Shown here in pieces: positions 29,771-43,178 of a stretch of 64,000 nucleotides of DNA. The stretch spans positions 14,632,001-14,696,000 of the forward strand of contig JAQFVV010000004.1 in assembly GCA_028023455.1 (NCBI GenBank). The letters run 5' to 3'. The notes under the pieces are model-generated. The model ran no database searches. It worked only from the letters and a program-made list of their open reading frames with translations, and had not been told where the DNA came from. This DNA is from Epiperipatus broadwayi. Lineage: Eukaryota > Animalia > Onychophora. The translations under genes and the position numbers were made by a program. Position 1 is the stretch's first letter, and each line of letters opens with the position of its first letter.

Positions 29771-30979
29771 TTTTTAAACTTTTCTCAAAAAAATGTAATT
29801 CAATATAAATAATACCTACAACATGTATATTAAGAAAAGCTTGTTTAATACTTTAAAATAAAAAATGCTAGATATATCAATACAGTATGCTGAGAATGCT
29901 TTCAACTAATTAGTAATCATACTTATAGCTATAATTATTCAAGAGGATTATGAGACTTATAAAAAAATCACTAAAGAGGTGATTTACATAAAATTTGATT
30001 ATAAAATGTAAAGGAATTTATTTAAATGATAGGGGAGGTAATACACATGCAATCAACAAGAAATAATCCTGCATTCCCCTATCAAATTCATTTACATCTT
30101 ATAATCAAATTTTATGTAAATCATCACTTTTGTGATTATTATATAAATCTCACAATCCTCTTGGTTAACTATAGCTATGAGTATGACTAACCAGATGGTC
30201 AAAAGAATACTTATCATAATATATTAAAGTATTAAATAAGCTTTTCTTAGTATACACGTTACATGTCTTATTTATATTGATTAAAAAAAATTGAAATAAG
30301 GAAATATCAAAATAATTCAATAAGTAGAATTGAATAACTTGAATTCTACAAAATGATAAAAATAAATTAATAATGTAAGATAAAACCATCCAAAATACAC
30401 CCACAATCTGCATGCAGCCTGCATGAGGGATTTGTAGCCCAATTTTTGATTGGATAACAAATTTAATTGAATATTTATTAGTTATTTTATTTTATCATTC
30501 ATTAATGAACTTCATGACAATATTATTATCTGGTATCTATAATATAAACAATAATTATATTTTGACTACCATTTCAATAAAAACTATTATAAATACTATT
30601 GATTTTTTATTGATATTTTTGAAATACCAGCTAAACCTAATTAACTCTTCAATAATTTAATATATGTAGTGTATTTATTACTTTGGATGCAGTTTTCGAA
30701 TAGATATTTTTAACATGGCACTTGGATTACTTAATGTTAGATTGTGTTATTATAAAAAATATAACTATGAAAGAAAATATGGAAGTATTGCTAAAATAGA
30801 GACAATATCATAAAATGTGCGGAAGAGGTTTACAAAGATTTACATTGTAATAAATAAAAAAAAACAATGCAATTTTTATATTTATGTCTGATTTGCCAAG
30901 TTTTTTTTAAAAAAAGAGATGAAACATTCAATTAAATCTATAAATAAATAATAGAAGTGACTTTACTGATTTAAAATTC

Positions 30980-32400
30980 ATAAAAAGTTTCAGCATTGGA
31001 AGACAGAACTGGACACAATCTGAGGATGTTATGTTACAGAATTTGCCATCAGAACAATTAAATGTATAAGAAAAAATCATCAAAAATAATGGGATTATTT
31101 TTGATATCTTAGGAATAGCAGGTGAAGAAATAGGAAAACTGATGGATAACCATAAAACAAAACTCCAAATAAAAAATATGAATTGGAAGAATGCAGTAGT
31201 GATATAGATATTTAAGAAAAAGATAGAGAGAATATTAGAAATCACAAACACCTGTCTTCTATTAGTTCTATACAAGATCATAATCAAAGTAATTACAACA
31301 TATCTATAGAAAACTTTGGATTCAAATCATCCAAAATAAAGTGGATTTAAAAGTGGTTTTAGGATAGTAGATCACATTCAAATATTGACTTTGGTTATCC
31401 GTCTTGCATTGGTGGTTGAGAGGTCAGCACGACTGCCTTGCACTTGCAGGCAGTTGCCCAGGTTGTGGGTTCACGTCCCAGCTGATGCTATGACACTTAA
31501 ATATATATATATAAGTTTCCAGATTTAGAGATTATAAAAAGTGCAATTCCACAGTTATTGAAGCTTTGGACCATTAAGTCATATTCTGAAGAGTATTTAT
31601 CAAAATCCTCTGACTATGATTAGATTAAGCAGTTACACTAAGATTAAAATATATGACAGAGTGATTCCATATCTTCAAAAATTACTACAGCAGTTTTATA
31701 AAAAGTATTTTGTAGATTAAAATGAGAAGCTAAATGATGAGATTATTTAAGTCATCCAGCTTTTGAAAATGGTATGATTGCTTTTGGAAATAATGCTGCA
31801 ACTTTCAGAAAATATTACACAACGTTATTAGATGAAAGTTAGACATTCAGATCAAGTTAAATACTAAAAAGACTTAAGATAATGTTCAAAGAATTTTCAC
31901 AGATGAAAAAAATTACAATGACATTCAGGAGTTAGAAAAATTAACAATTATAAAGTCTTGATTAGATTATTAATACAGATGGAAACATTATGGATGAAAT
32001 TAATCATAAAATTAACTTTGGATGGAGTGATTTTGGTAAAGATAACTTGGAGGAAGTGCATCTATGTGTTTGAAAAGGGTTTTTTGATATGGTTTACCAA
32101 TCCTTATTATATATCTGAGACTTGAATGTGTAATAGAAGAGCAATTCATATTATGCAATGAAATATAGATAGACATATGTTGGGAGTAATAAGAAGATAT
32201 CACAAATGAAGTATGATGATTAGAGAGCTGATATCATCTGAATTAAATAAGAGATTGAAATGTTACTTGGCTGAACATATATATAGAAGAGATGACAATA
32301 GACAGATAAATTGGACTTTAAACTACAAAGTTTACTGGTATGATTTGGAGAAGAGAAACATCATGAATCTGGATTAATCATTTAGTGAATATATAATGGT
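30980..32400 (+). pseudogene. RTE/RTE-X-like LINE RT, degraded, interrupted by SINE S3
   Basis: WKNAVVI.IFKK, GFKSGF..VDHIQ, EINHKINFGWSDFG, CLKRVF, SETW-like motifs in broken frames. Confidence 0.75.
31403..31513 (+). mobile_element. tRNA-derived SINE copy S3 (divergent subfamily)
   Basis: gcattggtggttgagaggtc...gtgggttcacgtcccagctgatgctatgacac followed by (TA)n. Confidence 0.8.
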
Positions 32401-32895
32401 TGAAAATTATGTTAATCATCAATTTTATATTCAATTAGAATTAATCGTAATTATTTGATTATTAAATTGTTTTTTGATTTTATTTATTAAGTTAATTAAG
32501 AAAACAAATTTTATAAAGTATTAAAAATTATTACTTGTTTAAATTAAATCATTTAAAAATGGAGGAAATTATTTATCTTAAATTTTTACTCCGTATTTAA
32601 ACAGATTGACAGTATTAAAAATAATCTTTTTCTAATTTCAAAAACAGTCAATAAGTTCAGTGGATTATGAAACTCAAAACTTTTTGCAACAGAACAGAAG
32701 AATCCCTTCAATTACTTCTGCTTTCAGATTTAAATAGAAAATAAAATTATTATTGTTTCTTCATATTAATAAAATAAGAAAATTTTAAATTAAATTAAAT
32801 ATTTGTTGTAATGGATTGATTAAAAAGAAGAGAAGTAGATGGGTAGGAAGGAGATATTTTGTGTGTGTGTATAATAAAAATTATTTTTTAATATA

Positions 32896-33837
32896 CACCT
32901 GGGTCTCGTTTTATGCGGATTATTTTATTGCGATTTTGAATGCGATTCATGCTTCTTCTTAATATCTCTCATATTTCACTATATTTATTAGATATCAAGA
33001 AATTTAAATTTGAAATACTTTTTATTTTATTTCAAAAATATAATGTTATATTAGCAGCTAATGTGAATATGGCCTGAAGCTGTATATAAATAACCTATTT
33101 ATACTAATGAGTAAATAATAATAATAATAGATTTATACTTACATATAAAAATATCACAATAAATATTCAAAAAATTTAAACTTTTAAAATGTATTTTGTT
33201 ATATATAACAGAAATAAATAATTTTTTAGATTTTTAAAATAAAAAACGGAAGATTTTATAAACTGAAAATAATCTTTCTAATGATAATGTATAATCTTTT
33301 TGTTTTGTTTGCAATCTAATTTTTTTAATATAGAAACAGAAAACCATTAACACAACAGGAGACTGAAACTGGCGCTAGTTGTACATCACATCATGAATAA
33401 AAATAAAGTGGCTAACAGGTTTCTCTGGGCATAATTGCTGAGAGATTCTTGACTTTGTTTAAGAAGCCACAATACATCACATCACATCAAATCTGATTTC
33501 TTATCAGTTTACAAATGAATGCTAGCAGTAATAATTAAAATATATATGATAAAATGTAAAATTAAATACTGTAGTTAATAAAAAAAGTAAAAAAAGTTTG
33601 TCTTGTATTAATTTTTTTCAAATATTTGAAATTTTTTATTAGTCATACTTTATTTGCTTATTTTTTTAATGCGAATTTAAAAGTAATTTTTCTTTGTTGC
33701 TTTGCTTTTATGCAAATTCTGAAAATTACAGCATCTATCCTCCATTTTTCAAGGTAAGTTAAGTCTATTTTTGTGTGATTTTTTTTAATGTGGGTTTTCT
33801 GTGGAACCTATCTACCACATAAAACAAGACCCAGATG
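32896..33837. mobile_element. Tc1/mariner-pogo (Tigger-like) non-autonomous element
   Basis: 23-bp TIRs cacctgggtctcgttttatgcgg / ccacataaaacaagacccagatg (3 C>T-type mismatches), each flanked by a TA target duplication. Confidence 0.85.
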
Positions 33838-34385
33838 TATGCCTCATAATCTCAACTAGGCAAAGGTTTTTTATTTATTTATTCATTCTAATTTTTAAAC
33901 TATTTTTTCCATTGCTCTTGAGGAAAATCTCTAAAAAATTTTGTTAGTATATTACTATTTTGAGGATCACATTCAAACATAGGACCTACATGCCATGCAC
34001 CTGCAACAATCATCTTATGGCTTTATTGTACAGTTAGTTTTTAGTAAAATAAATTTCATCTATCAAAATCATTAACAAAAAAATAAACAAACTTAAACAT
34101 CCTAATAACATTTCACAGAACTTTGATTGTACAGAAATTATTTTTTAATTTTGATAATATCCAGAAAATTCCCTATATATACTAGCAGTCTCAATATTTA
34201 ATATTCCCAGAATCCAGTCAATCATATTTTGCTTATAATAAATTCGTTTTCAGAAACAATACTTAGATTAGCAAAAAATTCCTCAACAATTATTTTGCCT
34301 TTTCACAAATTATTACCTTGTTGATGCTTTCCTCTGTTCATTTGCTTTTAATTATTTTAGATTAACTAAAAAAAATTTAACCACT

Positions 34386-34605
34386 AAAGCATCCATGATC
34401 ATTGCTTCTTATGCTTATACAAGGTATTAATTAATGACTTTCTTCATACAGTAGTGCCACCCAGTGTACAGAAAAGTAATCAATGGATACTAAAAGTCCA
34501 CAAGACAAAAACTAGTCTGAGGAATATTGGATGAGTACATTTATTGATTAATATGATTTGGGCTGTGTGGCACTACTATATGGAGAGAGTTGCTACTGCT
34601 TAGAA
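34386..34605. mobile_element. internally deleted family A copy A4
   Basis: Tail-like catccatgatcattgcttcttatgc, then short arms catacagtagtgccac / gtggcactactatatgg around the shared aaaactagtctgaggaatattgg block. Confidence 0.7.
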
Positions 34606-36037
34606 ACTGTTCAATATAAAAACCCCTTTTATTATCTATTCTGTCTAATTAATCCTTAATGATTTACATAGATGAATTAATTAGCTATACCATATTCAAA
34701 CTTAAATTGCTAACTGTTTAACCACTTGATTCATGATTAAGTTTTATATTTATATTCATATAAAACACATAAAAATTAATATTGTAATGGTATGAAGAAT
34801 TAGGGGTGAACCAAAGATGATGGCACTCATCATCAACAACCCCAAGTCAAAGTCTCAAATTTAAACATACAAATAATATAATGAGAATTAATACAAGCAG
34901 CATGAGAGATCAGCAAAAACCTTAAATATAAGTTCACCAGCATTACAGCCAAGTAATACAATAAAAATAAATCAACAGTCAATCTTGTGACTGGATTTGA
35001 AATGAGTCTACTATAGACCAAGCTAATTATTTAGCCCTTGCTAAACTTGGGGCAGCAATATTACATAATAATTTGGATGCATAAGCCTAAAAGTGCTAAT
35101 CTATCAGAATATAACAATTAAATCAATAAGAATGCTGGGATATTAAAACATGCTGATTACCAGCAATGCTTTCTGGCCACTTAGTAGAAGTCAACTATAA
35201 TATTAATTTCTAAATAAATAATTAATATGAAATATAGTGTGTGGAGTTTAAATGACATCCCCTTTGTGCCATCCAGCATTACAGAAGTAATGAAATCATC
35301 AACTGGATGTCCACAAGCACTAAATATAAACCCCTTTTATATTACGAAGCAAATGCTCTATAATTGTTATTGTGAGCAAGAGATATAATCCTAACATATA
35401 ATGTTTTAAATATATTCTAGGATTAATTATATTCACTGGAATAACTTAAATACAAATTTATTAATAACAATAAAATTAAATTAATGTCTACAAGATATGG
35501 CATTACATATAAATTAAACCTTCTGATTTTGATTAATACAAAAAGAAATCCACTATTACATTATAATTTACATATATGTCAATACATAAAGCACCTATAT
35601 CCATGCACAGGCATGCCAGTATAATATAAAATGAACATATTTGAATTGTCATAAACCAATAAATGAAATTCATTTTTATAATACATAATTAATTTAACAC
35701 TTTACAGAAATTTTTAGATGTTTATATGACACATATTTATATAAATAAGCACATATGTGCTGTATAAAAGAGTCCATTCATTTTTAATGATACATAAATA
35801 ATGATTAATTTAATGTGTTTGAGTACTCATTCAGATGTGAGCACACCCAGGCTTTTATATCCTTATGATATTCCATTAGTTAATAAATAAACATATTTCC
35901 ATAAAATATTTTCACAAGACATAATTAATTCAATGTAAAGATATACATAAAATTCACATGTATGTGTGTATATATATAAAAATAGTACGAATGAAAGTTA
36001 TTAATTAATTTATCATTTCTTTAAATATATATATATA

Positions 36038-36340
36038 TTCACTAGAGGGAGCTTACCATTAGCTCCAACCAAACTTTAATTTATAAGTGCCGAAAGAGAA
36101 AGAATTCAAAATCTCTATTGGAATGTCTTAGTTCTAGCTCCTCACTGAGGTAAGCCATAAGCTCAAAACCAATTGGGCTGGGGATAAGGTAATTCTGATA
36201 GAGATTTTGAATTCTTTCACTTTTGGCACTTATAAATTAAACCTTGATTGGAGATAGTAGTAAGTTCCCTCTAGTGAACATTTTAATACAAGCTTAAAAG
36301 CAAGTTACACAATTTATGTCTTGTTTTATTAATTATTATA
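36038..36340. mobile_element. foldback family E copy E1 with right-side tail
   Basis: ~80-bp IRs at 36038-36120 and 36198-36278; tail 36279-36340 also present after copy E2. Confidence 0.85.
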
Positions 36341-37307
36341 AGTGTACCCTTGAAGGGTCTTGTGATGTTATATTGCTGAGATGATTAATATATGGTGAAA
36401 CTGAACTAAGTTCAAACCCATATAGTTTTTTTTTTTTTTTTTTTTTTTCTTCCCTTTTTTTTTTTCTTTTTCTTAAAACCCCCCCAAAAAAATTTTAAAA
36501 AAAATTATTATTTTTTCTTTTTTAAAAATCCCCCACCTAAAAACCCCCAAACCCCAGAATATAGGTTTTTCATTTATATCAGATCTTAGATAACTTATGT
36601 AGAAACATTCCATAAGCTATTATTATAAAGATTTTTGTGCACAATGTCCAATTTAGATTTTAAAATAACTTAAATCTTATCTAAGGGGATTTAATTAGTA
36701 AATTTTTAACTAGTTTACTCAATCCAGGAAGACACTGTTCCAAAAATCTTTTAATTACTTGACCAGCTTTTATTTTTAGTCTTCATAAAACTCTTTTTTA
36801 AAACAACCCTTTAACATTTTTTTAAAACGAAAACATTTTTATCATATTTATTAAAAATAATTTACAAATATATTTTGATATAGCTTTTAAATATATTTTT
36901 GAGAAACTTTTCCCTGAAATATTTAAAACAAGAAATCTTTTAACAATTTTTAAGAAACATTTCTATTTTTAGAACTTTACATATTTTAAATCATATCTTT
37001 CTTCTATAAGCACAGATTATATATCCACATACGAAATTACAATATTAAACAACAAAATTTATTACTCTTACTTAAATAAATAAAAACATTTTTAGAAATA
37101 TAAACTTTAGCTTTTTTACTAACCTATTTATTTTTAACCCCTCCCCCCCACAAAAAAAAATAATTTTTTTTATAAAAACAACCACGAATTTTATATTTAT
37201 TAACTTTAAAAAATTTAAAACTTTACACAGAAGAAAGAGGTTATTAATGTGGTGGGGAAAAAGGAAGGGATGGGGGTTTCCCGTTTCAATAGTTATCTGG
37301 TTTGTAA

Positions 37308-37620
37308 GGCTAGATTTGAAGACATTTATATGTCTGAAAAATTTGGGTTTTCAAATTGATAGTAACATATTAGATAAGTGCTAACTTTTGAGTTGGTATT
37401 TTAGGTCTAGTGTCTGGAGTCCTAGATCCTCACTGAGGTGAACCATAAGTTTGAAACCAATTGGTCTGGAGATAAGGACATTACAATAGAGATTTTAAAT
37501 TCTTTCTCTTTCAGCTCTTATAAATTAAAGCTTGATTGGAGCTAGTGGTAACTCTCTCTAATGAATATGTTAATGCAAACTTAAAAGCAATTACAATTTG
37601 TGTCTTATTCTATTAATTAT
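37308..37620. mobile_element. family E copy E2 (right arm plus tail)
   Basis: cctcactgaggtgaaccataag...ctctctaatgaa plus tail matches E1; left part matches the internal sequence of family D (gaagaca..tatgtctgaaaa). Confidence 0.75.
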
Positions 37621-39253
37621 TATATATAACTATAATCATTAATTATTACTTTTTTGACAATCCATAAAAAAAAATTTTCCAGATTATTCTTAATTAATTG
37701 CAAACTTATTTAAAAATACTCCAGCAAGTTATTGTGTTTAATATAGAAAGATTTTTGTAGTTTTCCTTTTTTAATAAAATGTACTGGGTATACATCTTAC
37801 TTTTAGTCAAATAAAGTTATTTAAAAATTACAATTGTCATTTTCATGAAATTATTTAAAATAATTTCATTTTCAATATATATACTTACCAGCTGTACTTT
37901 ATATATGTGACAAATTAATTTTATCTGTTTCTCTGCATATAGATAAAACAATATATGTATAAACTAATTCTTCACCATGCTGATGGACTCTCCTGGTAAG
38001 CTGGTCTCTTTTAAAACAGTAGAGCCTTATTGTCATCTTCAAGAAAGAATATAGTCTGGTAACTGTTGACATTCAATTAGCTCCATTTAGTCTCTATCAT
38101 TTATAGACTTCAGACTAGAGATCCAATCTAGTACACATTATGTGCTATGAATGCAGAAAAGCAGGTTCTTTACTTCCATGCTACTGTTATGAATCTAGCA
38201 GCAGCTGCTGGTTTGTACTTTCATTTTCAGTTATAACCTCACAGTAGTAGTGATGTTGTTAACATAATCTGTAAAAGCTTCCCCTCTAATCTTTTTTCCA
38301 ACCTTTCTTATTTTCAGGGTGGAATTTTTTAAAAAAAACCTACAATAATTAAAAGTGAGTTCTTTATCTTGATTGAAAAAAAATATTGACACTTTTCATT
38401 TTATTTAATCCTTTCAAAATAATTTTATAGGATTTTTATCAAAATATATTATACAAGCTTTAATTTAAATTTTTTTTAATCAGAATAAATATTGAAATTT
38501 TATAATTACCAGTATATCTATTGTAACATAAAACATGCTTATTTTAATTTCAAAATCAGAAATAATAAAATATTAATTACATCTTTTTAAATGTTTAATT
38601 TATAATTTTTTTTAAAAAATTATAATCCTTAACTGTTATTCCAGTGTAATATAGAAAATATCTACAAATAAATTTGTACTTATTTCTACTTTTCCTTTCA
38701 ACTTTATATATCTATGCACATGCACACTCCTATGTTGTATGCCATGAGACATATAAACATCTCAATATATTAAAGAAGAAAATTTAAATGGTAATAAGAT
38801 TACAAAACATGATAAAGATGCCCAACATTTTATTCAAAGCTGAATCTTTAAACAATTTTACATACATTATAACTAAAGTCATGGTCGTTGTAATTTTTGT
38901 TATTCAGACAACAGAATTCATTACTATAATTTTTACCATTTTTTCATAGCTTATGACTAGAATTATTATAGGAAAATTCTTTAAAAATATATATGATGTT
39001 TGCATTATTAAAAAAATTAGATATTCTATGTTTTACATATAGATTTCTGTTTCTTTATGTGTATATTGATTTTATATAATTCTCTTTGGAACTATATGGA
39101 TGACACATCAAAATTAAAGAGTATTATTTTAGAATGATGACTCTTGGCATTATTAATTAAGAGTAAACTTTTAAGAACAGGCATCCATAAAGAAATGCAT
39201 TAGCTAGTTGGTGATGACTTGGCTAATATTTATAAATGTATACATATTTATAG

Positions 39254-39551
39254 TATATTATTTATAATACTTCACTCATATACACTTTAATGCAATTAAT
39301 TTTCTTAAAAACTTCTTTATTTTCTTACAGTTTCGACTGTCCAGCAGTCTTCTTCAGAGCTCCATCTTCCTTACAGTTGTTTTAACTTTAATTAAAATGA
39401 CCCTGTCTTTCTTCTTTTCTCTAATCCTTTGTATGATTTTCTTCTTATCAGCAGTATATTCTCTTATTTTTCTCCTTCACTTTTTTGCATATCTTCATAT
39501 AATCATATATATTATTTATAATACTTCACTCATATACACTTTAATGCAATT
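39254..39551 (-). mobile_element. 254-bp unit with 44-bp terminal direct repeat and hammerhead (solo pseudo-LTR / retrozyme-like)
   Basis: Perfect repeats at 39254-39297 and 39508-39551 bracket a hammerhead motif. Confidence 0.75.
39323..39365 (-). ncRNA. minimal hammerhead ribozyme motif
   Basis: Reverse complement: gagct CTGAAGA a gactg ctgga cagtc GAAAC t GTA ag; core and 5-bp stem II intact, stem I weak. Confidence 0.65.
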
Positions 39552-39684
39552 TATAGTATAGTATAGCTGTAAACTATGCTGTATTTAACTACATGACTTC
39601 AGTTATACAAATGAAAACAAAAATAAGAATTAAAAAATCCAATAATATTTACAAATTTTATATTTAAACACCTATTTTTTATGT

Positions 39685-39850
39685 GTGAAAAATGATGATT
39701 TGGACTGGCTGATTAATGCTGGTTCAGCACAAGATGCACATATTGGATGTCATTTACCTTTTTCACATGTGTGTGGATGTGTATGTTGTATGAGATGAAG
39801 TGGCTAGCTGAAGAAAGCTTGAAAGTCTTGAGTTCAAATCCCTATAATTA
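39685..39850 (+). mobile_element. family C copy C4 (strongly decayed hammerhead)
   Basis: ggactggctgattaatgctggttcagcacaagatgcacatattgg ... gagttcaaatccc. Confidence 0.7.
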
Positions 39851-41731
39851 CAAAAAATTTACAATATGCTTATAGCCATTTTTCCCAACTCAAGCACTAA
39901 ACAGGATTGTTTATTAATAAAAAATTTCCTGTTTATAATGAAAACATTTATATTTTTCTTTTACTACTTTTTCTGAACTTGATGTGCAGTATTTTGTGTG
40001 ATAAAATATTTTCTGAGCGTAATGCTAAAAATTTTAGAACAAACTAAAAATTAATTCTGATTGTAGAACATCAAAATAATTAGAGAGATTCTAATTTTTC
40101 GATTATGTTTCTATAAAAGGAAAACATTATTGAAAAAAAAAAAAGAATGAAAGTCAGACATTTTGCTAGTTTATTTAAAATTAAAAATATGGTGCTGTTA
40201 GCTTTAATTTTTACTCTTCTTGCTTCAGAGTGGAATATATGTAAATGTGTTCCCACAATTTATTATTAATAACTATATTATTATTATTACTTTTTAAAAA
40301 TTTTGTTTACTATATATACAAAAAAGCATCTGTGTTATGTAGATGTTGAAAAGTACCAACTGCAGCTCGACAGACAATATATATTCTAATCTAATTAATG
40401 TTTACCAAAAATACGTTTGTACATGAAAGAGACTTGAAGCAAAATATAGCATAATTCATGGTCCCGTATATGTTTAATATATAATTAAACAATATTTAAG
40501 TCCTATATAAATTGGCTTACACTGCAATGTCAATATTTAATATGTCTTTAAAAAGATAAATTTTATTATATAAAATGGACCAATGGGAAGCTCAATTATC
40601 AGTAATAAGAATATATTTATATTATGTTTTATTAATCAAATATATTTGTTACAAATGAAGATAAAATACAATGCAGAATTAAAATTAAACAAAGATAAGT
40701 ACTTTTTCGAAAGAAACAGTTTAAAAGACAACATGCAAAATGTCAATTAATTAGTTAAGCAGTCAAAAAAAATAAATAGCATATAACGTGCAGGGACATA
40801 ATTTTTTGGCTCATAGATCATCGCAAAACTCATCTTTACATTTTTTGTCTCTTTCTCTCATTTTTTTATTTTTCTGGACGTAGAAAAATCGGTTATTTCC
40901 GAGTGGAAAAAATATCTTTTCAGTTTCACTTTTTAATAAGTTTTAATATATCATTTTGTTTGCAAAATTTTATTATTCTATCATAATTTTTTTACGGTTT
41001 CGATTTAAGTTGGGGTGGAGGGAATATCTAATATATACATATACTGCGACTGCCTCTATGATACTTGATTGAATGCGTTGCCATTTTACTTCGCAATATA
41101 TAAATATATATGTAAAATAGAGAGAAATAAACAAAAATAGATATACAGGTAAATGACTATATAATTATTTATTACATATAATTAAATTGATTGATAGAAA
41201 ATAAACATTTGGCTAGACATTTTAGATTAAATAACTTTTTAGAAAGCTGAAGATATTAGTGACAACTTACACAAACATTTTGTATATTTATATTTAATAA
41301 CTCTTGAGATTAAAAATTTCAAAAAGTCTTATTTTTAATTAATCAAGAACCCTCTAATGATGGCTTTTCAAGCTTGTTCCAACAAATTTGTAATCATTAG
41401 TTACATTTCTTCTTGCTTTTAAATAACTTGTAATAACAAAAAACTTTAAAAGTTAAAATCTATGTTAAATCTTTAAAAAGTTAAATTATCTTTTTAAAAA
41501 AGCTGCAATATTTTTTATAGTTTGCTAAGTGATATTGTAAAAAAAAATGTTTGATTTTGTGTACTGAATCGAATTGAAGTAATATGTTGCTTTTTGAATA
41601 TCATTGTATTTTTTTTACATAATAATCACATGATAATTTTAAATTATATGAAACTATCTCCACTTTTTTATATTTTCACATAAGATTCTATGTATTTTAA
41701 AGTATTGAATGATCAATAATACAAGATCTGC

Positions 41732-41782
41732 TTATAATGGGCTTCAAAAGTATATAATATATAATTTTGAAGCCCATTATAA
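41732..41782. repeat. perfect 18-bp inverted repeat with 15-nt spacer
   Basis: ttataatgggcttcaaaa / ttttgaagcccattataa. Confidence 0.9.
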
Positions 41783-41964
41783 CTGGACCAGATTAGATAC
41801 GATATATAATAAGATGGATAGAATCATTTCAGCATGTGGAATAGCATTGTAACATAGGTTTGCCAAGACATCACTAATAGGTTACCGGCTCCTGGTATAG
41901 TTTACAAAGAAGAATAGATTTCCTTCAAAAATACTATACCAAAATAGAAAATAGTTTGGTAAGT

Positions 41965-42140
41965 AAATTTAAACCACTAAGCATTACTAAGATCTGAGTA
42001 TGTTGTTGGTGAGTCTAGGGCTTCTCACTAGTGGAGGCCTTGAATTGGAAAAAGATCTGGGATATTAAGTGAATAGGCATGGATAAGGATTTTATGCACA
42101 AACCTTCTTGCATCCACTGATTACTCAGAATGGTAACACT
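41965..42140. mobile_element. family A fragment A5 (right arm)
   Basis: taaaccactaagcatt...ggatttatgcacaaacc..gcatccactgattac. Confidence 0.65.
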
Positions 42141-42414
42141 GAGCTATGATTGCATCATATTCCTTAATAATATATTGGCAGATCATTTTATCTTTGGAAT
42201 AAATGATCAACAGCTTAAGGATTAAGATGTTAATGGATCTAAACACCACTTTCAGTTTTTAAGTTTCCCAGATATCACTAGCTAAAATTACAGTATAATT
42301 TATTAAAGAAAGCTGGCCCCACTATTAAATTTATCAGATATCTATGTCAGATAAATATTTCAGCTAAAAATTTAATAATTACTAGCTACCCCCAGAAATA
42401 CTGTCATGAGCAAT

Positions 42415-43178
42415 AAACATCACATGATCACCATTTCTTATGCTTGTTCATAACTGTTATTAAAACAGGCAAAACTCTCCATATAGTAGTGCCACTCAGT
42501 GCAAGCCAGAATAATCAATGGATGCCGGAAGACTTGTGCATAAAATTCTTATCTAGTACCTACGCATCCAATATATCCAGACTAGATTCTAGCTTGTGGC
42601 TTTGGTAAGTGAGGAACCTTGGATCTGAGATCACTATATCTAGATCTCAGCACCCACCTTTTATCTCTACTTAACTACAAAACTATGAGAATAAAATTGA
42701 AAACACATTAATATTTTCAATCCAAGCTCAATAGCTTATATAGTAATATAGATCTGAACTCAGTTCAGTACCCATACATTTTGGTGTCTTTGGTTCTTTA
42801 ATAACCATAGCCACCACTATCCTATTAGACATCAAAATGTATAGGAATTGAACTGAGTTAAGACCTATATGAGTATATAATTTAATGAGCTTGGATTGAC
42901 AATATTACTGTGTTTTCAATTTTATTCTCATAGTTTTGTAGTTAAGTAGAGATAAAAGGTGGCTGCTAAAGGGTTGCATTAGATCCTAAGATCTAGGTGC
43001 ATTGCTCTCAGATCCAAGGCTCCTCACTGACAAAATCCACAAGCTAGAAACTAGTCTGGGAATATTGGATGAATAGGCACTAGATAAGGATTTTAAGCAC
43101 AAGCCTTTTGGAATCTTATTGATTACCCTGGCTTGCACTGAATGGCACTGCTATATGGTGAGTTTTGCCTGTTTTAAA
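42415..43178. mobile_element. full-length family A foldback element A6 (~330-bp IRs) with left tail
   Basis: Arms ~42457-42790 and ~42835-43178; tail 42415-42456 nearly identical to the tail of A3. Confidence 0.9.

Noticed and set aside
37889-37932. Minus-strand 44-nt candidate exon (..tatgcAG / GTAAGT)
   Set aside because: Splice signals are plausible, but the peptide (KQIKLICHIYKVQL) is unrecognised and such matches are expected by chance in 64 kb.
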